The notes beneath the pieces were generated by a model. The model searched no databases and had not been told where the DNA came from. It saw only the letters and a list, made by a program, of their open reading frames with translations. A program made the translations under genes and the position numbers. DNA of 64,000 nucleotides from Macrostomum lignano (lineage: Eukaryota). Shown piece after piece: positions 60,479-64,000 of the stretch; positions within the stretch are counted from its first letter, which is position 1; every line of letters starts with the position of its first letter. The stretch covers positions 186,001 through 250,000 of the forward strand of contig NIVC01001391.1 of NCBI GenBank assembly GCA_002269645.1. Direction: 5' to 3'.

Positions 60479-60879
60479 CGTGAGACTTTCTACTTTCTCT
60501 CCCCTCATTCCCATCTTGCTCTCACCTCTATCCCTTTCTCCCCTGCCTCGGTCTCCGCTATCACAGTCAATAAACTGTCAAAATTCCCGTCGCGGTAAAA
60601 ATCGCCACACTCCCGAAAACTTCACTCATATTTCTAATAAGTTTACAAAACTTATTTCGAGTTCAACAGAATAATTTTAACTTATAGTCACTTCTTTGCT
60701 TCCAATCCTACAAAGAATTGCATTTCAGAGAACTGCTACTTTTGGGGTTGTTCTTGCATCCAGAAAACTTGGGTTGCAGAGCTTGCAGTAAAAATTTTGA
60801 AGGAAAATATTTTCGTTTTTTGCTTTTGGCGAATGAATGAGATGATGAGAGCAAGGGATGAGGAGACTGGGTGTGAAGG

Positions 60880-61860
60880 AGACAAGGGGAGGAGTAGACA
60901 GATGAGGAGACAAGGTAGAGGAGACAAAGGGTGAAGGAGAGAAGGGAGAGGGGATAAGGAGACAGGGTGAGGAGACAGGTAAAGAGACAGACAGGGTGAG
61001 GAGACAGGTAAGGAGACAGGTAAAGAGACAGACAGGGTGAGGAGACAGGTAAAGAGACAGACAGGATGAGGAGACAGGTAAAGAGACAGACAGGGTGAGG
61101 AGACAGGTAAAGAGACAGACAGGGTGAGGAGACAGGGTGAGGAGACAGGTAAAGAGACAGACAGGGTGAGGAGACAGGTAAAGAGACAGACAGGATGAGG
61201 AGACAGGTAAAGAGACAGACAGGGTGAGGAGACAGGTAAAGAGACAGACAGGGTGAGGAGACAGGGTGAGGAGACAGGGTGAGGAGACAGGTAAAGAGAC
61301 AGACAGGGTGAGGAGACAGGGTGAGGAGACAGGTAAAGAGACAGACAGGGTGAGGAGACAGGGTGAGGAGACAGGTAAAGAGACAGACAGGATGAGGAGA
61401 CAGGGTGAGGAGACAGGTAAAGAGACAGACAGGGTGAGGAGACAGGGTGAGGAGACAGGGTGAGGAGACAGGTAAAGAGACAGACAGGGTGAGGAGACAG
61501 GGTGAGGAGACAGGTAAAGAGACAGACAGGGTGAGGAGACAGGGTGAGGAGACAGGTAAAGAGACAGACAGGGTGAGGAGACAGGGTGAGGAGACAGGTA
61601 AAGAGACAGACAGGATGAGGAGACAGGTAAAGAGACAGACAGAGTGAGGAGACAGGTAAAGAGACAGACAGGGTGAGGAGACAGGGTGAGGAGACAGGTA
61701 AAGAGACAGACAGGGTGAGGAGACAGGGTGAGGAGACAGGTAAAGAGACAGACAGGGTGAGGAGACAGGTAAAGAGACAGACAGGGTGAGGAGACAGGTA
61801 AAGAGACAGACAGGGTGAGGAGACAGGTAAAGAGACAGACAGGGTGAGGAGACAGGGTAA
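60880..61860 (-). repeat. Purine array (GGGTGAGGAGACA / GGTAAAGAGACAGACA); reverse-complement relative of 59750-60478
   Basis: Reverse complement TGTCTCCTCACCC versus TGTCTCCTTCTCACCC. Confidence 0.92.
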
Positions 61861-62492
61861 AAGACAGATGAGCAGGCAGTGTGACCAGACAGGTTTAGAT
61901 GGTAGGCTAGGGCAAGCAAGGCAGGAGGCAGAGATGGCCTGAGGACGGGCGCTCCGAGGCCCCTGAGAGCTGGGAAACTTTTCAAGCGGACAAAGCCAGG
62001 CCAAAATGGAAGCACAGAGATGCGCCAATACTGAAGAGTGGCAGGGCGCGCACTGAATTGAAAACTCAGCACAATGTCAGGCGGTCGCACGCACAGTCTG
62101 GCTATTTTGTACACATTTTGCTTTCGCGAGCTCTATATGTGACAAATAGCAGGCAGGCAGATGCCAAGTGCAGTTTCTCTGCCCGTATCGGTGGGCCGTG
62201 GCCAATGTACAAGCGGGGGGCTGGCTTAAAAACTGTGTTAGACTTGGTTATAGAAGTCTACATGCACATTTGCTTCATACTATTTTATACGACAGTTATA
62301 TTTTCCATTCCTCGTGTACTTCCTAATACTGACAATTAATATGTTTATAAGGTATAAATAAAATCAATGCGAAACTTCAATGCCCAGCTCTTCATCGAGA
62401 GGGCTTTGCTGCCATAGACATAGGCTAGAGGAAGCGGTTCCACCGTTCGCGAGTGCATCGTCTTGAGTTGAGTGCTCAGCTGGCAAGGCGTG

Positions 62493-62999
62493 ATGTACAA
62501 GCTGTGCCGACCGCGGCGGGCCTTCTTACTCAGCTCGTGCATCTGGGCCTTCATCATCTTCATAGTTGTTCGATTTGTCTCGTTTCTCCCACTGAGGCAG
62601 CCAGACTCGCCTCCGCCGCTTTTCCACCGGCTGAGCCCTCCGGCGGGGAACTTCAGCACCGGCTTCTCCGGGCCGCTGGTGCGCATTGTGCACCAATCCT
62701 GGGCGAGCCGCAAGCTGCCCGAGCAGTTCGCCGAATGGTCCCGCAGCTTCTCCGCCTGCTTCCCGGACTTTCGCCGGCGCCTGTGGACCGACAAGGACAA
62801 CAGGCAGCTGATCGCGAGGCATTATCCCTGGTTTCTGAGGCGCTATGACTCTCTGGCCCCGGGGGTCCAGCGAGCTGACGTCAGCCGCCTGTTCTACATG
62901 TACCACTATGGCGGCCTGTACTGCGACCTGGACTGCGAGTGCCTGCGCGACTTCCGCCACCTGCTGGCCAATGCCAGCCTGGTCTTTGGCGCCATGCAG
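62493..62999 (+). CDS. First coding exon of a GT32-family (DXD; SUR1/CSH1/OCH1-like) type II membrane glycosyltransferase; the gene probably continues beyond the window
   Basis: TM anchor (AFLLSSCIWAFIIFIVVRFV); IVHQSW...LWTD.DNR.LI..HYPWFL..YD......RADVSRLFYMYHYGGLYCDLD; donor CAG|GTGAGC at 62999/63000. Confidence 0.88.
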
Positions 63000-63009
63000 G
63001 TGAGCCATT

Positions 63010-63335
63010 GCCCGGTGTCTCAGCCCAGTATCTCCCTCTCACCCGGTGTCTCAGCCCAGTATCTCCCTCTCACCCGGTGTCTCACCCCAGTATCTCCCTC
63101 TCACTTCTCCTCACACAGTGTCTCTCCTTCTCTCTCCTTCTCTCCCGGTGTCTTTTCTCCTCACCCGGTGTCTCACTCTCTCCCGGTGTCTCACTCTCTC
63201 CCGGTGTCTCACTCTCTCCCGGTGTCTCACTCTCTCCCGGTGTCTCACTCTCTCCCGGTGTCTCACTCTCTCCCGGTGTCTCACTCTCTCCCGGTGTCTC
63301 ACTCTCTCCCGGTGTCTCACTCTCTCCCGGTGTCT
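63010..63335. repeat. 18-bp array (TCTCACTCTCTCCCGGTG) preceded by longer related units
   Basis: Seen directly; starts just after the donor. Confidence 0.92.
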
Positions 63336-63714
63336 CTCCTTTTCAGCCGGTATCCTACTGTAGATTAGAATGGACAGGGATCAGTCTGCAGAGACAAAGA
63401 TTTGCTTAGGGCCTGTACTGTACGCGATGTGACGCCAGTAACTTATCGATTTATTCTTAGACCGCACCTTTTGCGACCCTCACCAGCCAGCCGCCCGAGT
63501 CAAACACATTCTCTCTAATGCTGTCTTTCTGCCCCGCCACATTCATGAGCGCCTTTTCAGTTAATTAACTTGACCAACCTGCCACCTCTTTTTTTGCACC
63601 CTGACGATTCGCGACCCAGAAGATTTTAAAGCACTGATAGCAAAGTGACATGCCTTTGCGTTACTATGTCCGCCGGACAAATGTTGCCCCCCCCTCGTGA
63701 ACAGAAAGCCAACA

Positions 63715-64000
63715 CTGGTGTCTCTCCCTCTCACACGGTGTCTCTCCCTCTCACACGGTGTCTCTCCCTCTTACACGGTGTCTCTCCCTCTCACTCGGTG
63801 TCTCTCCCTCTCACTCGTTGTCTCTCCCTCTCACACGGTGTCTCTCCCTCTCACACGGTGTCTCTCCCTCTCACTCGGTGTCTCTCCCTCTCACACGGTG
63901 TCTCTCCCTCTCACTCGGTGTCTCTCCCTCTCACACGGTGTCTCTCCCTCTCACTCGGTGTCTCTCCCTCTCACACGGTGTCTCTCCCTCTCACTCGGTG
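63715..64000. repeat. 20-bp array (TCTCTCCCTCTCACACGGTG), runs off the window end
   Basis: Seen directly. Confidence 0.94.

Overview
Animal genomic DNA, not prokaryotic: it has spliceosomal GT-AG introns, GC-rich exons and about 30 different tandem-repeat arrays (roughly 18 kb by my boundary estimates). The style and gene content suggest a free-living flatworm such as Macrostomum; this is an inference. Seven protein-coding genes could be reconstructed by hand with consistent splice phases. On the minus strand are an intronless NOS1AP/CAPON and a two-domain C-type lectin nested in an intron. On the plus strand are SARM1 (ARM-SAM-SAM-TIR), a C19orf44/DUF4614 homologue, a compact ZO-1/polychaetoid, a >2380-aa ADGRD-like adhesion GPCR with a mucin stalk and about six LamG/pentraxin repeats, and the first exon of a GT32 glycosyltransferase. 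The most unusual non-coding signals are: (i) a ~6.4-kb AT-rich island (13.0-19.4 kb) in which repeats and transposon relics show CpG decayed to TG, CA and even TA, resembling RIP-like C-to-T hypermutation; (ii) intronic minisatellites built from duplicated splice sites; (iii) palindromic MITE-like elements, one with a provable 9-bp target duplication; (iv) two related arrays in inverted orientation. Most short ORFs in the supplied track are translations of repeats or antisense shadows of real exons.
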